A DNA stretch of 64,000 bases from an uncultured Verrucomicrobiota bacterium (GTDB lineage Bacteria > Verrucomicrobiota > Verrucomicrobiia > Limisphaerales > UBA1319), in NCBI GenBank assembly GCA_964458325.1, contig CAYWIM010000001.1, positions 4,975-68,974 of the forward strand, given 5' to 3'. The notes beneath the pieces were generated by a model that saw only the letters and a list, made by a program, of their open reading frames with translations, was not told the origin of the DNA and did no database searches. Every line of letters starts with the position of its first letter. Within the stretch, counting starts at the first letter, position 1. A program made the position numbers and the translations under genes. Positions 20,942-30,632 of this stretch are shown in pieces.

Positions 20942-22261
20942 ATGCCGAAGTTCAATTACGTGGCGATGGATTCCCGCGGGAAGGAGACCAAGGGCACGCT
21001 CGAAGTGACCAGCCAGAGCGAGGCCATTGGGCGGCTGAAGGAGATGGGTTTTTTCCCGACCAAGGTGGTCGAGGCCGACAAGGTCAAGGAGAAGCCCGCC
21101 CGGAAATCAGGCCAGCCGGCCGAGAAAGGCAAGGGCAAGGGCGGCTTCAACATCAATCTCAATTTCAAGATTCCATTCCTGGGCGGCCGGGTCAAGAGCA
21201 AGGTCCTGGTCACCTTCACGCGCCAGCTGGCGACGCTGGTGGATGCGGGGCTGCCTTTGCTGCGGGGGCTCCGGGTGCTCGAGAAGCAGGAAAAGACGCC
21301 TGCGCTCAAGGGGATCATCGGGCAATTGGCGACGGCGGTCGAGGGGGGCAGCACCTTTTCGGAGGCGCTGGCGCAGCATCCGAAGGTGTTCAACCGGCTG
21401 TTCGTCAGCATGGTCAAGGCCGGAGAGATGGGCGGCGTGCTCGAGGTGGTGCTGAACCGCTTGTCGGAGTTCATGGAGAAGGCGCAGAAGATCAAGGGCA
21501 AGGTGGTCGCCGCCATGTTCTATCCGGTGTCGGTGCTGACGGTGGCGGTGGTGATCCTGGCGGTGCTGCTGATCTACGTGGTGCCCAAGTTCGAGGAAAT
21601 TTTCCGCGACATGCTCGAGGGGGCCGAACTGCCCGGGTTCACCCAATTTGTCCTCATGATCAGCCGCCAGGTGAAAGACAACTTCCTGGTGACGGCCGCC
21701 TGCGTGATCGGCGTCGTCATTTTCTTCAAGCTCATCGTGAGGACCAAGATCGGACGCAAGCTGTTCGATCGCTTCAAGCTGCTGGTTCCCGCGATTGGCC
21801 CGGTCATCAGCAAGGTGGCGATCTCCCGGTTCACGCGGACGCTGGGGACGCTGGTGAGTTCGGGCGTTCCGATTTTGCAGGCGCTGACGATCGTCAAGGA
21901 GACATCAGGCAACGTCATCATCGGGCAGGCGGTGTCGGATGTTCATGAAAGTGTCAAGGAAGGCGAAACGATCACGGCGCCACTCGAGGCGGCGAACGTG
22001 TTTCCGCCCATGGTGATCAGCATGGTCGATGTCGGTGAGCAGACCGGTGCCCTGCCGGAGATGCTGATGAAGATCGCTGACAATTATGACGAGGAGGTCG
22101 ACAATGCGGTGTCGGCGATGACGTCGCTATTGGAGCCCATCATGATCGTCTTTCTGGCGGTGATTGTGGGCAGCATTGTGATTGCGCTGTTCATGCCGCT
22201 GGTGGTTCTGATGGATCGGATGGGACAAGCTGGCGACGAGAACCGGAAGAGCGGAGATTAA
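20942..22261 (+). CDS. PilC/GspF-family inner-membrane platform protein
   Basis: Two T2SSF repeats and three TM helices, with the typical N-terminus MPKFNYVAMDSRGKE. The listed start 20936 is TTG. ATG 20942 has GAGG 6 nt upstream. Confidence 0.9.
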   Translation: MPKFNYVAMDSRGKETKGTLEVTSQSEAIGRLKEMGFFPTKVVEADKVKEKPARKSGQPAEKGKGKGGFNINLNFKIPFLGGRVKSKVLVTFTRQLATLVDAGLPLLRGLRVLEKQEKTPALKGIIGQLATAVEGGSTFSEALAQHPKVFNRLFVSMVKAGEMGGVLEVVLNRLSEFMEKAQKIKGKVVAAMFYPVSVLTVAVVILAVLLIYVVPKFEEIFRDMLEGAELPGFTQFVLMISRQVKDNFLVTAACVIGVVIFFKLIVRTKIGRKLFDRFKLLVPAIGPVISKVAISRFTRTLGTLVSSGVPILQALTIVKETSGNVIIGQAVSDVHESVKEGETITAPLEAANVFPPMVISMVDVGEQTGALPEMLMKIADNYDEEVDNAVSAMTSLLEPIMIVFLAVIVGSIVIALFMPLVVLMDRMGQAGDENRKSGD

Positions 22262-22312
22262 CGGTAAAGTCGGCGCTCGAACTTAAAAAAGTCGATTACC
22301 TCGTTTTTGCAT

Positions 22313-22342
22313 TTGACAATTCACCTGTGTATCGCGTAAATA
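22313..22342 (+). promoter_or_regulatory. Candidate sigma70-type promoter for brnT/brnA
   Basis: TTGACA (22313-22318), then 17-18 nt, then GTAAAT/TAAATA, in a low-GC gap 43 nt upstream of the brnT ATG. The -10 element is weak. Confidence 0.3.
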
Positions 22343-22384
22343 CTTTGTAGTTACATTGCATGGGCGATTGATATACGAGCTGGT

Positions 22385-22672
22385 ATGGAGTTCGACTGGT
22401 TGAATCCGCCCTTTGAAATGGACAGTTCTTTGTCACCGAGGGATATCGAAGAATCGTTCGAGGATCCCTTTGCGGTGCGGTTGTTGCCGGATTCGTCCCG
22501 GTTCTCGGTCCAGGCGCGGTATTTCAACTTGGGCAAGTCGGCCTCGGGTTTGGGGATTATCAGTGTGTATCGGACCAACGGGAGGCAGATCCGAGTGATT
22601 CACGCGCGCGCCTTTGTGCCGGAAGAACAATTTTTCTACCAACGCAAGGCGAGTCAGATGTTATCGCGATGA
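22385..22672 (+). CDS. brnT: BrnT-like (DUF497) type II toxin
   Basis: FDW near the N-terminus, IEESFEDPFAV, and C-terminal IRVIHARAFVPEEQFFY, which parallels the family pattern IRIISAR-x-A-x-x-x-E-x-x-x-Y. Low-GC codon usage relative to neighbours. Confidence 0.7.
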   Translation: MEFDWLNPPFEMDSSLSPRDIEESFEDPFAVRLLPDSSRFSVQARYFNLGKSASGLGIISVYRTNGRQIRVIHARAFVPEEQFFYQRKASQMLSR

Positions 22673-22944
22673 ATGCGGTGGGCAGCTGGGAAGAGATTCC
22701 GCTCTTCGACAGCGAGGAGGCGGAGGCGGCCTTTTGGGCCGAGAACCGTCCGGATCTGCGGCTGATGGAGATGGCGGTGGCGGCGGGGTCGGAGAACACG
22801 GAATCGGTGACCATCACGCTTCGGATGGATCCGCGGATGCTGGCGCGGATCAAGCGTCTGGCGCGGAGCCGGTACCTGAACTATCAGAGCATGATCAAGC
22901 AATGGCTCAGCGAGAGGCTGGAGCAGGAATTCCGGGATCGCTGA
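22669..22944 (+). CDS. brnA: BrnA-like (CopG/RHH) antitoxin
   Basis: ATGA overlap with brnT. FDSEEAEAAFWAENRPD, then an RHH-like segment ITLRMDPRMLARIKRLARSRYLNYQSMIKQWLSERLEQE, as in BrnA antitoxins. Confidence 0.7.
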   Translation: MNAVGSWEEIPLFDSEEAEAAFWAENRPDLRLMEMAVAAGSENTESVTITLRMDPRMLARIKRLARSRYLNYQSMIKQWLSERLEQEFRDR

Positions 22945-22992
22945 CGGTGGGGGGCGCATCGATGGCGCCGTGTGACGAGGCAATGGATTGAA

Positions 22993-23688
22993 ATGAAAAC
23001 GACGGATCCAGTTCCGAGTGGTCTCTTGTGCGGCGGGAGATTGGCGGCGGCCTTGGCGGGGCCGGCGCCGAAGGAATCCAAGGGGTTCACCTTGATCGAG
23101 CTGCTGACGGTGATGTCGATCATCGCGCTGGTGGCGGGGCTGGTGGTGGGGCTGGCGCCGGCGGCGTCGCGATCGATGAAGCTCAAGCGCGCGCAAGGGG
23201 ATCTGCGGCAGCTGGCGTCGGCAATCGAGGAGTTCAAGCAGCAGTATGGGTTTTATCCGCCGGACAATCGGGATCCGGCGACGCAACGGAACGCGGATCC
23301 GGCGATCAACCCTCTGTATTACGAGCTGACGGGGGTTTTGTTCAACGAGGGGGCGAAGACCTACCAATCGCCCGAGCGGCCCACGACGCTCACGGCGGCG
23401 GCCGTCGAGCAGGTGTTTCGGGTCAAGGGATTCCTGAATGCGGCCTCGAGCGTGCAGGGGACGCGCAACTTCTTCCGGGGGGGCCGGATGCCGGCGGTGG
23501 AACAGGTGACCGTGGGGGCTCAGAAGGTGGATGTTTTCGTGGCGCCGGTGCGGGGGGTGGCCGGACCGACTCAGGCCAATCCATGGCGATACGTGTCGTC
23601 CTCGCCCACCAACAATTCGAGCACCTTCGATCTGTGGGCGGAGGTGGTGATTGGCAAGGATGTGACGATTGTGAGCAACTGGGATTGA
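22993..23688 (+). CDS. Prepilin-type N-terminal cleavage/methylation protein (pseudopilin 1)
   Basis: KG|FTLIELLTVMSIIALVAGLVVG is the class III signal, with Glu at +5. The listed start 22972 is GTG. ATG 22993 gives a 31-aa leader. Confidence 0.75.
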   Translation: MKTTDPVPSGLLCGGRLAAALAGPAPKESKGFTLIELLTVMSIIALVAGLVVGLAPAASRSMKLKRAQGDLRQLASAIEEFKQQYGFYPPDNRDPATQRNADPAINPLYYELTGVLFNEGAKTYQSPERPTTLTAAAVEQVFRVKGFLNAASSVQGTRNFFRGGRMPAVEQVTVGAQKVDVFVAPVRGVAGPTQANPWRYVSSSPTNNSSTFDLWAEVVIGKDVTIVSNWD

Positions 23689-24492
23689 ATGGCGGCGAAC
23701 AGCAAACCATCACTTGTTATGAGGAGTCTAGGAGCTTCGGGGAATCGGAACGGGACCGGCGGTTTCACGCTGATCGAGCTGCTGACGGTGATCAGCATCA
23801 TCGGCGTGCTGGCGGGCATGCTGCTGCCGGTGCTGGCGCGCGCCAAGCGGCAGGCGAAGATCAGCCAGGTCAAGGTGGACATCAGCAACTTCGCCAATGC
23901 CATCAGCTCGTATTACAGCACCTACAACCGGTATCCAACATCGAGCAACGTGGCCAACTCGGTCGCGGGGAAGGCAAACACGCCGGACTTTACGTTCGGT
24001 ACTGACGGAGTGAATAGAAATCCGCCGCTGCCAATAATTCGCAATGAGTTCGGCAATGGCTTCAACGCCAACAACGCGGAAGTGATCGCCATTTTGCGGG
24101 ACATGGAGGCCTACGGAAACGGGACGCGCACCGTCAATTTTGGCCATGCGAAGAATCCGCAAAAGATCAACTTCTTGAGCGCGAAGGACGTGAGCGACGC
24201 GCGGCTGCCGGGGGTAGGGCCGGACGGTGTTTACCGGGACACGTGGGGCAATCCGTTTATCGTCTCGATGGACATGAACTACGACGATCGCTGCCGGGAT
24301 TCGTTTTATCGGCGGGGGTCGGTATCGGGGCAGGGGACCAGCGGGTTGATCAAGGCGGATGCGGGCAACAATGACAGCTACGAGGCGCGGATGCCGGTGA
24401 TGGTATGGTCGCTGGGGCCGGACGGGATGGCCGATCCGGGAGTGCCGGCGAACGCGGGGGCGAACAAAGACAACGTATTGAGCTGGAAATAG
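23689..24492 (+). CDS. GspG-like pseudopilin (pseudopilin 2)
   Basis: GG|FTLIELLTVISIIGVLAGMLLPVLARAK, with C-terminal WGNPF and SLGPDG motifs typical of GspG-type major pseudopilins. An alternative ATG lies at 23719. Confidence 0.8.
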   Translation: MAANSKPSLVMRSLGASGNRNGTGGFTLIELLTVISIIGVLAGMLLPVLARAKRQAKISQVKVDISNFANAISSYYSTYNRYPTSSNVANSVAGKANTPDFTFGTDGVNRNPPLPIIRNEFGNGFNANNAEVIAILRDMEAYGNGTRTVNFGHAKNPQKINFLSAKDVSDARLPGVGPDGVYRDTWGNPFIVSMDMNYDDRCRDSFYRRGSVSGQGTSGLIKADAGNNDSYEARMPVMVWSLGPDGMADPGVPANAGANKDNVLSWK

Positions 24493-24549
24493 GCTGTGAA
24501 AACCTTCGAGGTCCAGAAGAGGGCATGCCGGAGCGGGCCGGGGAAGGTC

Positions 24550-25296
24550 ATGGGTGGGCGGCGGGCCTTCACCCTGCTCGAGCTGCTGGTGGTGCTGGGG
24601 ATCCTGGGTCTGCTGGCGGGGCTGGCGCTGCCGGCGCTCAAGGGGCTTGGGCAGTCAAATACGATGGCGACGGCGAGCCGCCAACTGCTGGACGATCTGG
24701 CCCTGGCGCGCCTGGCGGCGATCAGCCAGCGCACCACGGTCTACATGGCCTTTGTCCCGCCGAACGCGGGGGCGCATCTGTCGGCGGGGCTGACGGAGCC
24801 GCAGCGCCGGCAGCTGACGAACCTGCTGGGGGGGATCCACACGAGCTACGCGCTGCTGGCCAAGCGGAGCGTGGGCGACCAGCCTGGACGGGAGTCTCCG
24901 CGATACATCACCGAATGGAGGCGGTTGCCGGAGGGGGTGTTTATCGCCACCAACGAGTTCGCGTATTTGGGGGCGGCGAGCTGGAACCTCTTTGCCAATC
25001 CGACCAACCGGCCGCTGGCCTATGAGGTGCTGCCGTTTCCGACGGCATCGAGCCCGACGATGCCGCTGCCCTGCGTGGTGTTCAACTCCCAGGGCCAGCT
25101 GGCGCGCGGGGTGGACGAGTTCATCACGCTGGCTCGGGGGAGCATCTTCTATCCGAAGGATGCGAGCGGGGCTTATGTGCCGGGCGCGCCGGATGTGCGC
25201 GAGGTGCCTCCGGGCAATTCGACCAACCTATTCAACCGGGTCTACGTCAACTGGCTGACGGGCCGCGCCCGGGTGATCAAGCCGGAAATCCAATGA
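24550..25296 (+). CDS. Prepilin-type protein, GspH/FimT-like (pseudopilin 3)
   Basis: MGGRRA|FTLLELLVVLGILGLLAGLALPALKG. Position -1 is Ala, not Gly. The listed start 24496 is GTG. ATG 24550 has GGGAAGG just upstream. Confidence 0.75.
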   Translation: MGGRRAFTLLELLVVLGILGLLAGLALPALKGLGQSNTMATASRQLLDDLALARLAAISQRTTVYMAFVPPNAGAHLSAGLTEPQRRQLTNLLGGIHTSYALLAKRSVGDQPGRESPRYITEWRRLPEGVFIATNEFAYLGAASWNLFANPTNRPLAYEVLPFPTASSPTMPLPCVVFNSQGQLARGVDEFITLARGSIFYPKDASGAYVPGAPDVREVPPGNSTNLFNRVYVNWLTGRARVIKPEIQ

Positions 25297-26081
25297 ACCT
25301 GCCACGGATTGGACCTGATGGATCGACGGGCCGGGGCCGCGCGCCGCGCGTCTGCCGCTCGGGATTCACGATGATCGAGATCGCGCTCTGTCTGGCGATC
25401 ATCGGTTTCGCCCTGGTGGCGATCATCGGCATCCTGCCGACGGGATTGCAGGTGCAGAAAGACAACCGGGACGACACCATCGTGAACCAGGACGGGACCT
25501 ATTTTTTAGAGGCGATCCGGCAGGGGGCGGCCCGGCTGGATCACCTGGCCAACTACGTGGACGAGATCAGCGTGGTGACGAGCAATTTCACAGGAGGAAT
25601 CTTCACATATAGCGTCACCAACATAACCAACGGCGCGCAGATCATAGGAATGCTCAGCACTCCCAAGTATCAATCGATCAACGGCGTGCCGAGCGTGAAC
25701 ACCGTGACCGCGAAGGTCCGCTCGATGAGCGGTGCGGCGGTGAATGCCGTCTCGAGCGAATTTGCGTTCAGCTACCTGTTGCGTTCCGAGGTGGTGCCCT
25801 ACTCGGCGTTCGCCACGAACTCGGTCTTCACGAACCATGCGGCGGCCAATCTGCCGCCGGAGGCGGTGGCGGAGCGGCTCGAGCTGAAGGCGCGGGCGGA
25901 TCAGCTGCACACGAACCTGTTCGAGGTGCGGCTGACCCTGCGCTGGCCGGTGTTCGGCGCGCCGGGCAACTGGCGAACGGGCGGCAACCAGCAGGTCTTC
26001 AGGACCCTGGTGACGGGGAAGCTCATGCAGGCGGTGGGAGAGCCGTTGTATTTCTTTGCGCCGGCCATCTACGGAAACTGA
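25293..26081 (+). CDS. Prepilin-type protein (pseudopilin 4)
   Basis: ATGA overlap with the upstream gene. RSG|FTMIEIALCLAIIGFALVAIIGILPTGL. From memory, this resembles the Verru_Chthon cassette B/C type N-terminus. Confidence 0.75.
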   Translation: MNLPRIGPDGSTGRGRAPRVCRSGFTMIEIALCLAIIGFALVAIIGILPTGLQVQKDNRDDTIVNQDGTYFLEAIRQGAARLDHLANYVDEISVVTSNFTGGIFTYSVTNITNGAQIIGMLSTPKYQSINGVPSVNTVTAKVRSMSGAAVNAVSSEFAFSYLLRSEVVPYSAFATNSVFTNHAAANLPPEAVAERLELKARADQLHTNLFEVRLTLRWPVFGAPGNWRTGGNQQVFRTLVTGKLMQAVGEPLYFFAPAIYGN

Positions 26082-26088
26082 TGCCGTC

Positions 26089-27048
26089 ATGAACATGCAA
26101 TTCGAACGTGGGCCGATCCGCCGCTGGCGGGCGGCGGGCTTTTCTCTGGTCGAGGTGTTGGTGGTGGTGGGGCTGCTGGTGATGATCGTGTATGCATTGA
26201 TCAGCGTATTCGATCGGACGCAGAGAGCGCTGCTGAGCTCGACGGCGCAGGTGGACGTGCTCGAGCCGGGGCGGGCGGCGCTGGATCTGGTGGGGCGCGA
26301 TTTAGAGGAGATGGCGCCGACGGGCCTGGCTCAAGGCACGAACCTGCTGGCCCTGATCAGCTATCCGGCCGGGGGCCGCCCCTTGCTTTGCCAGGACCTG
26401 AGCGACGGCAGCCGGCGCACCAATTTCCTCGAGGAAGTGTTCTTCATGGTCCGGTCGAACAATTTCTGGCTGGCCAAGGGCTTTTTCGTGGCGTCGCCGA
26501 CCAATCCGACGATGCGGGTGACCAATGGGATCGGAACCTTGTATCGGTTCCTGTCGGTGACGCGGGTGACTTCGAGCTGGCTGGACACGAACTGGATGTT
26601 CGAGCTGCGCCGGCAGTATCTGATCCGGACCAACGCGAATCCGGTGGCGGACGGGGTGATTCATTTTCAGATCCAGCCTTACGACCGGTTCGGGGTGCCA
26701 TTTCAGTTTGGGCGGGCGGATCTGGACACGAACTATTTCGTGGCGCATTACAACGCGGCGTATCAGGCGGTGTCGGTGCCGTCGGCCTTTCCGAACTGGG
26801 GGATCACCAACGTGGTGCTGCACCAGGCGGCGAGGGCGGGCACGAACGACATCTGGGCGACCGAGAGCTTTTTCCTGGGGGATGCGCTTCCGGCGAGCGT
26901 CGATCTGGAGCTGGCGCTGGTGGAGCCGCAGGTGGTCGACCGGTATCGGGCGATCCCCTATCCCGCCAGCCTCGAGTATCTGGAGCGGCAGGCGGGCGCG
27001 GTGCACTTGTTTAAACGGCGGATACCCATTCGCAACACTCAGCCATGA
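26089..27048 (+). CDS. Prepilin-type protein, GspJ/PilW-like (pseudopilin 5)
   Basis: MNMQFERGPIRRWRAAG|FSLVEVLVVVGLLVMIV. The listed start 26056 is TTG inside the previous gene. ATG 26089 follows that gene's stop. Confidence 0.7.
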   Translation: MNMQFERGPIRRWRAAGFSLVEVLVVVGLLVMIVYALISVFDRTQRALLSSTAQVDVLEPGRAALDLVGRDLEEMAPTGLAQGTNLLALISYPAGGRPLLCQDLSDGSRRTNFLEEVFFMVRSNNFWLAKGFFVASPTNPTMRVTNGIGTLYRFLSVTRVTSSWLDTNWMFELRRQYLIRTNANPVADGVIHFQIQPYDRFGVPFQFGRADLDTNYFVAHYNAAYQAVSVPSAFPNWGITNVVLHQAARAGTNDIWATESFFLGDALPASVDLELALVEPQVVDRYRAIPYPASLEYLERQAGAVHLFKRRIPIRNTQP

Positions 27049-30000
27049 ATCGTTCCGCACAACGCGGTGTCGCACTGGTGGTGACCCTGATCATGCTGTC
27101 GGTGGTGACCTTCATGACCGTGGCCTTTCTGGCGCTGAGCCGGCGCGAGCGGGCGTCCGTGACGGTGACAACGGATCAGGCGACGGCGTCGCGGATGGCG
27201 GACATTGCCGTGGCGCAGGCGCAGGCGGAGATCGTGTCTCGGATCCTGGCGCGGTCCAACGCATTCCAGTTCGATTTCCTGGTGTCGACCAGCTATTATC
27301 AGCCGGCCGGGTTCAGCCCTGGCGTGGCCCATCCGGAGAACGTGCATTACGAGCGGCGGGCCGACGGCAACATGCTGACCGAGATCGACCGGATCCAAAA
27401 CATCGCCAATCTTCAGTATCACGCCCGGCCGCCGGTCTACATTCGCACGAACAGCAACCTGTCGGCGCCGCTGGATTTCCGGTTCTATCTGGATTTCAAC
27501 CGCAACGGGTGGTTCGAGACGAACGGGCCGGGGCTCGAGCTGGACGCGCAGGGCCGGCCGATCGCGGGGCTCTCGAACTTTTTCGTGGGCGATCCGGAGT
27601 GGCGGGGGATTCTCGAGCGCCCGGAGCTGCCGCATTCCTCGAGCAATCGTTTTGTGGGGCGGCTGACGTATCTGGTTTTGCCGCTGGGGAAGGCCCTCGA
27701 TTTCAACTACATTCACAACCAGGCCAAGCGTCCGATCAATCCGGCCGCGGACGGTTTTGCGCGCAACCAGGGGCCGGGGACATGGGAGATCAACCTGGCG
27801 GCCTTTCTGCGGGCGCTGAATACGAACCAATGGGACTACCTGTATCGGCCTGCGTTGAACCAGGTGAGCGGCGGCGCGGCCTTCTCGAACGCGACGGACA
27901 TCCTCCGCTATCGATACACGAACGATTACCGGGGGCTGGCCAGCGTGGCGAGCTTGTTCGGCCCGATGGGCGCGGTCGAGCACGCCTTGGATTTCGTGGA
28001 CGGCTACAGCGACGGCCCGCGCCAGACCAACACGTTCCCGCTGCTGATCGACAACGACATGCCCGACCGGCCGTGGCCGGGCAGCGACAACCCGCGTCTG
28101 TATGGGGATGTGCAGGAGCTGCTGGATCCGTTTAAGACCTCGATTGATTTTACCAACCGGCTGATGACCACGTTCAACCGGGTCAACCGGCTGACTTCCT
28201 ATGACCGGTACACGCTCTACCGGCTATTGGCGCAGATGGGCCTGGACAGCGATCCGGAGTGGTCCGACAAGATCCACCTGAACTACCGGAACGATCCGGG
28301 ATTCACCCCGACGAATTTCGCGGCATGGCCGCCCCTGGCGTTCTTCACGAACGCGGCGGACCGGCTGCTGCGCCGGCAGCTGGGGCTGAGCCTGACCAAC
28401 ATCCCGCTCTATCCGACCAACTTTTATTCGGCGCCGGTGCACCAGCTGCTGCAGATGGCCGCAAACATCTACGATGCCACAACCAACCGGGTGTGGAACG
28501 GTTCGACCAACCTTCCGAGCGTGTTTCGTCCGGTGTTCATGTATGATGGCACGAACGTGTTCATCAGCGGGTATGTGGAGGCGACGAACACGTTTTTCAC
28601 GAACACATGGCTGGACCTGAACCTGGCGGCGCATCGGAACCTGCTGGTGGAAAACAACGGCGTGTTGCGGTCCAACGTCAATCTATTCGGCGTGCCCGTC
28701 GTGATTGGCGCCAAGAAGGGGTATCCGAACTTCAACGAGTTCTCGCTGCAGACGGCGGTGCTGGTTTCGCGGAAGCTGGAGGTGCGCAAGCCGGCCCCCA
28801 TCGCGCGGCCCAACCAGACCAACCAGCTCTACGTCATGGGGATATCGAACGTGTTCGGCCTCGAGGCATGGAATTCCTACACGCAGACCTATGCGCGTCC
28901 GATCATCCTCCGGGTGACGAACGTGTTCACCCTGACGCTGCTGACCAACGGCGTTCCATTCAACCGCTGGAGCAACGTGGTGAGCATGGCGACCAATGTG
29001 CCGGCGGGGACGTGGGCGGGGCAGGATTTCCGGCTGCCTTTGCACACGAATGTGATCACGCTGTCGAACGCGGCCTACAGCGCCCGGCTGGGGCGGTTTC
29101 TTCCCAACACGGTATTCGAGGTCAACACCAATTATGATGTGCCGCAGTGGGAGCTGGGGATCACCAATCGGCTGCAGTATGTCGCGCTGGATCCGGCCAG
29201 CGCCCGGGTGATCGATTTCGTCAACCTGGAGAACCTGACGGCGGGGATCGACATCACAGCCGAGCTGATTGGCAACCAGTCGATGCTCGGGGGGGGCGAG
29301 CCTTCGCAGGCAGGCAGCTTCTGGCTCACCAACCGTCTGGGGGGCGGTCTGCAGGGGGTGACGATCGGCGTGCTGAACCAGATCAACGAATCGCTGGGCC
29401 AATCCGGCGCGACGAATAACGCGCTGTGGCAGGAGTACAGCCAGGATCCCGTGTCCGGCTTCACCAAGGAGAAAGCCATCGAGCTGTTCCGCGTCTTCGT
29501 GGGCCTGGGGCCGCGGAATCCGGCGCGCTATCCGCTGGTGCAGATGCAGACCGAGCTGGGGAACAGCACTTCGCGCCAGGCGCCCTACTCGCCGGTCCGC
29601 AAGCTCTACATGAACTCGACCTGGCAGGTGAACGACCCGCTGGTGCACTACACGTGGGAGGATCTGCTCGACCTCGAGCGGACCAACAACATCCAATACG
29701 CGATCCCGCCGACGAGCACGCCGACCAACTCGAACCTGGGAGCGGTCAACCGCCGCTACCGGCCCTGGGGGGGGAACCCGAACATCTCGAGCGACACCAA
29801 CGCATACAACACGGCCCTGAAGGACCCGATGGTGCGGCAGTCGGACGATTGGGATTTCCCGACCAACAAGTTTCCGAACGTGGGATGGCTGGGCCGCGTG
29901 CACCGGGGGACGCCCTGGCAGACGGTGTATCTGAAGTCATCGGTCGCGGAGAGCAACGCGTGGTTTTTCTGGTCCATCAATCCGCTGTCGCATCCGACCA

Positions 30001-30617
30001 ACGACTGGCGCCTGTTCGATCTGTTCACGACGGCGCCTCATCCCAACGCCAGCCGCGGCCAGCTCTCCGTGAATCAGACGAACCTCGCGGCGTGGGCGGC
30101 GGTGCTGGGCGGCGTGTCGGTCGTGAGCAATGCGCCGGCGTCGGGTTTTCGGTCGAATGTCCTGACGGAGCTGTTCATCGAGCCGGACTCCGATGCGGTC
30201 CGGACGATGGTCCAAGACATCATGAACGCTCGGAGGATGCGTCCGAGCGGTTCATTCGACGCGGTGGGCCAGGTGCTGGCTGCGCCGGCGTTATCGGTGG
30301 CTTCCCCGTATTTGAATCGGGGGGATGCGAACCTGCCGGACGCCGCGGTGGAGCGGATCCCGCAGCAGATCATGTCGCTGCTGAAGCTGGGCGAGCCGCG
30401 GGTGGCGGTCTACGTGTTTGGGCAGGCGCTGAGGCCGGCCGACCGCTCGCTGGTGGTGGCGCCGGGCCAGCCTTATCATCTGCTCTGCACGAATTACCAG
30501 ATTACCGCCGAGGTCGCCGCCAAGCACGTGCTGCGGTTCGAGTATGGGCCGGTCTCGACCAACGTGACTCGGGTTCAAGTGATCCCCGAACGGTACCAAT
30601 TTCTGTCGAACGAGTGA
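27045..30617 (+). CDS. Giant GspK/PilX-like pseudopilin-associated protein, 1190 aa
   Basis: ATGA overlap with pseudopilin 5. The N-terminus RGVALVVTLIMLSVVTFMTVAFLALSRRE is a GspK/PilX-type uncleaved hydrophobic anchor without Glu5. The rest is a large beta-rich domain I do not recognise. Confidence 0.7.
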   Translation: MNRSAQRGVALVVTLIMLSVVTFMTVAFLALSRRERASVTVTTDQATASRMADIAVAQAQAEIVSRILARSNAFQFDFLVSTSYYQPAGFSPGVAHPENVHYERRADGNMLTEIDRIQNIANLQYHARPPVYIRTNSNLSAPLDFRFYLDFNRNGWFETNGPGLELDAQGRPIAGLSNFFVGDPEWRGILERPELPHSSSNRFVGRLTYLVLPLGKALDFNYIHNQAKRPINPAADGFARNQGPGTWEINLAAFLRALNTNQWDYLYRPALNQVSGGAAFSNATDILRYRYTNDYRGLASVASLFGPMGAVEHALDFVDGYSDGPRQTNTFPLLIDNDMPDRPWPGSDNPRLYGDVQELLDPFKTSIDFTNRLMTTFNRVNRLTSYDRYTLYRLLAQMGLDSDPEWSDKIHLNYRNDPGFTPTNFAAWPPLAFFTNAADRLLRRQLGLSLTNIPLYPTNFYSAPVHQLLQMAANIYDATTNRVWNGSTNLPSVFRPVFMYDGTNVFISGYVEATNTFFTNTWLDLNLAAHRNLLVENNGVLRSNVNLFGVPVVIGAKKGYPNFNEFSLQTAVLVSRKLEVRKPAPIARPNQTNQLYVMGISNVFGLEAWNSYTQTYARPIILRVTNVFTLTLLTNGVPFNRWSNVVSMATNVPAGTWAGQDFRLPLHTNVITLSNAAYSARLGRFLPNTVFEVNTNYDVPQWELGITNRLQYVALDPASARVIDFVNLENLTAGIDITAELIGNQSMLGGGEPSQAGSFWLTNRLGGGLQGVTIGVLNQINESLGQSGATNNALWQEYSQDPVSGFTKEKAIELFRVFVGLGPRNPARYPLVQMQTELGNSTSRQAPYSPVRKLYMNSTWQVNDPLVHYTWEDLLDLERTNNIQYAIPPTSTPTNSNLGAVNRRYRPWGGNPNISSDTNAYNTALKDPMVRQSDDWDFPTNKFPNVGWLGRVHRGTPWQTVYLKSSVAESNAWFFWSINPLSHPTNDWRLFDLFTTAPHPNASRGQLSVNQTNLAAWAAVLGGVSVVSNAPASGFRSNVLTELFIEPDSDAVRTMVQDIMNARRMRPSGSFDAVGQVLAAPALSVASPYLNRGDANLPDAAVERIPQQIMSLLKLGEPRVAVYVFGQALRPADRSLVVAPGQPYHLLCTNYQITAEVAAKHVLRFEYGPVSTNVTRVQVIPERYQFLSNE

Positions 30618-30632
30618 TATCTTCCGCCGCCT

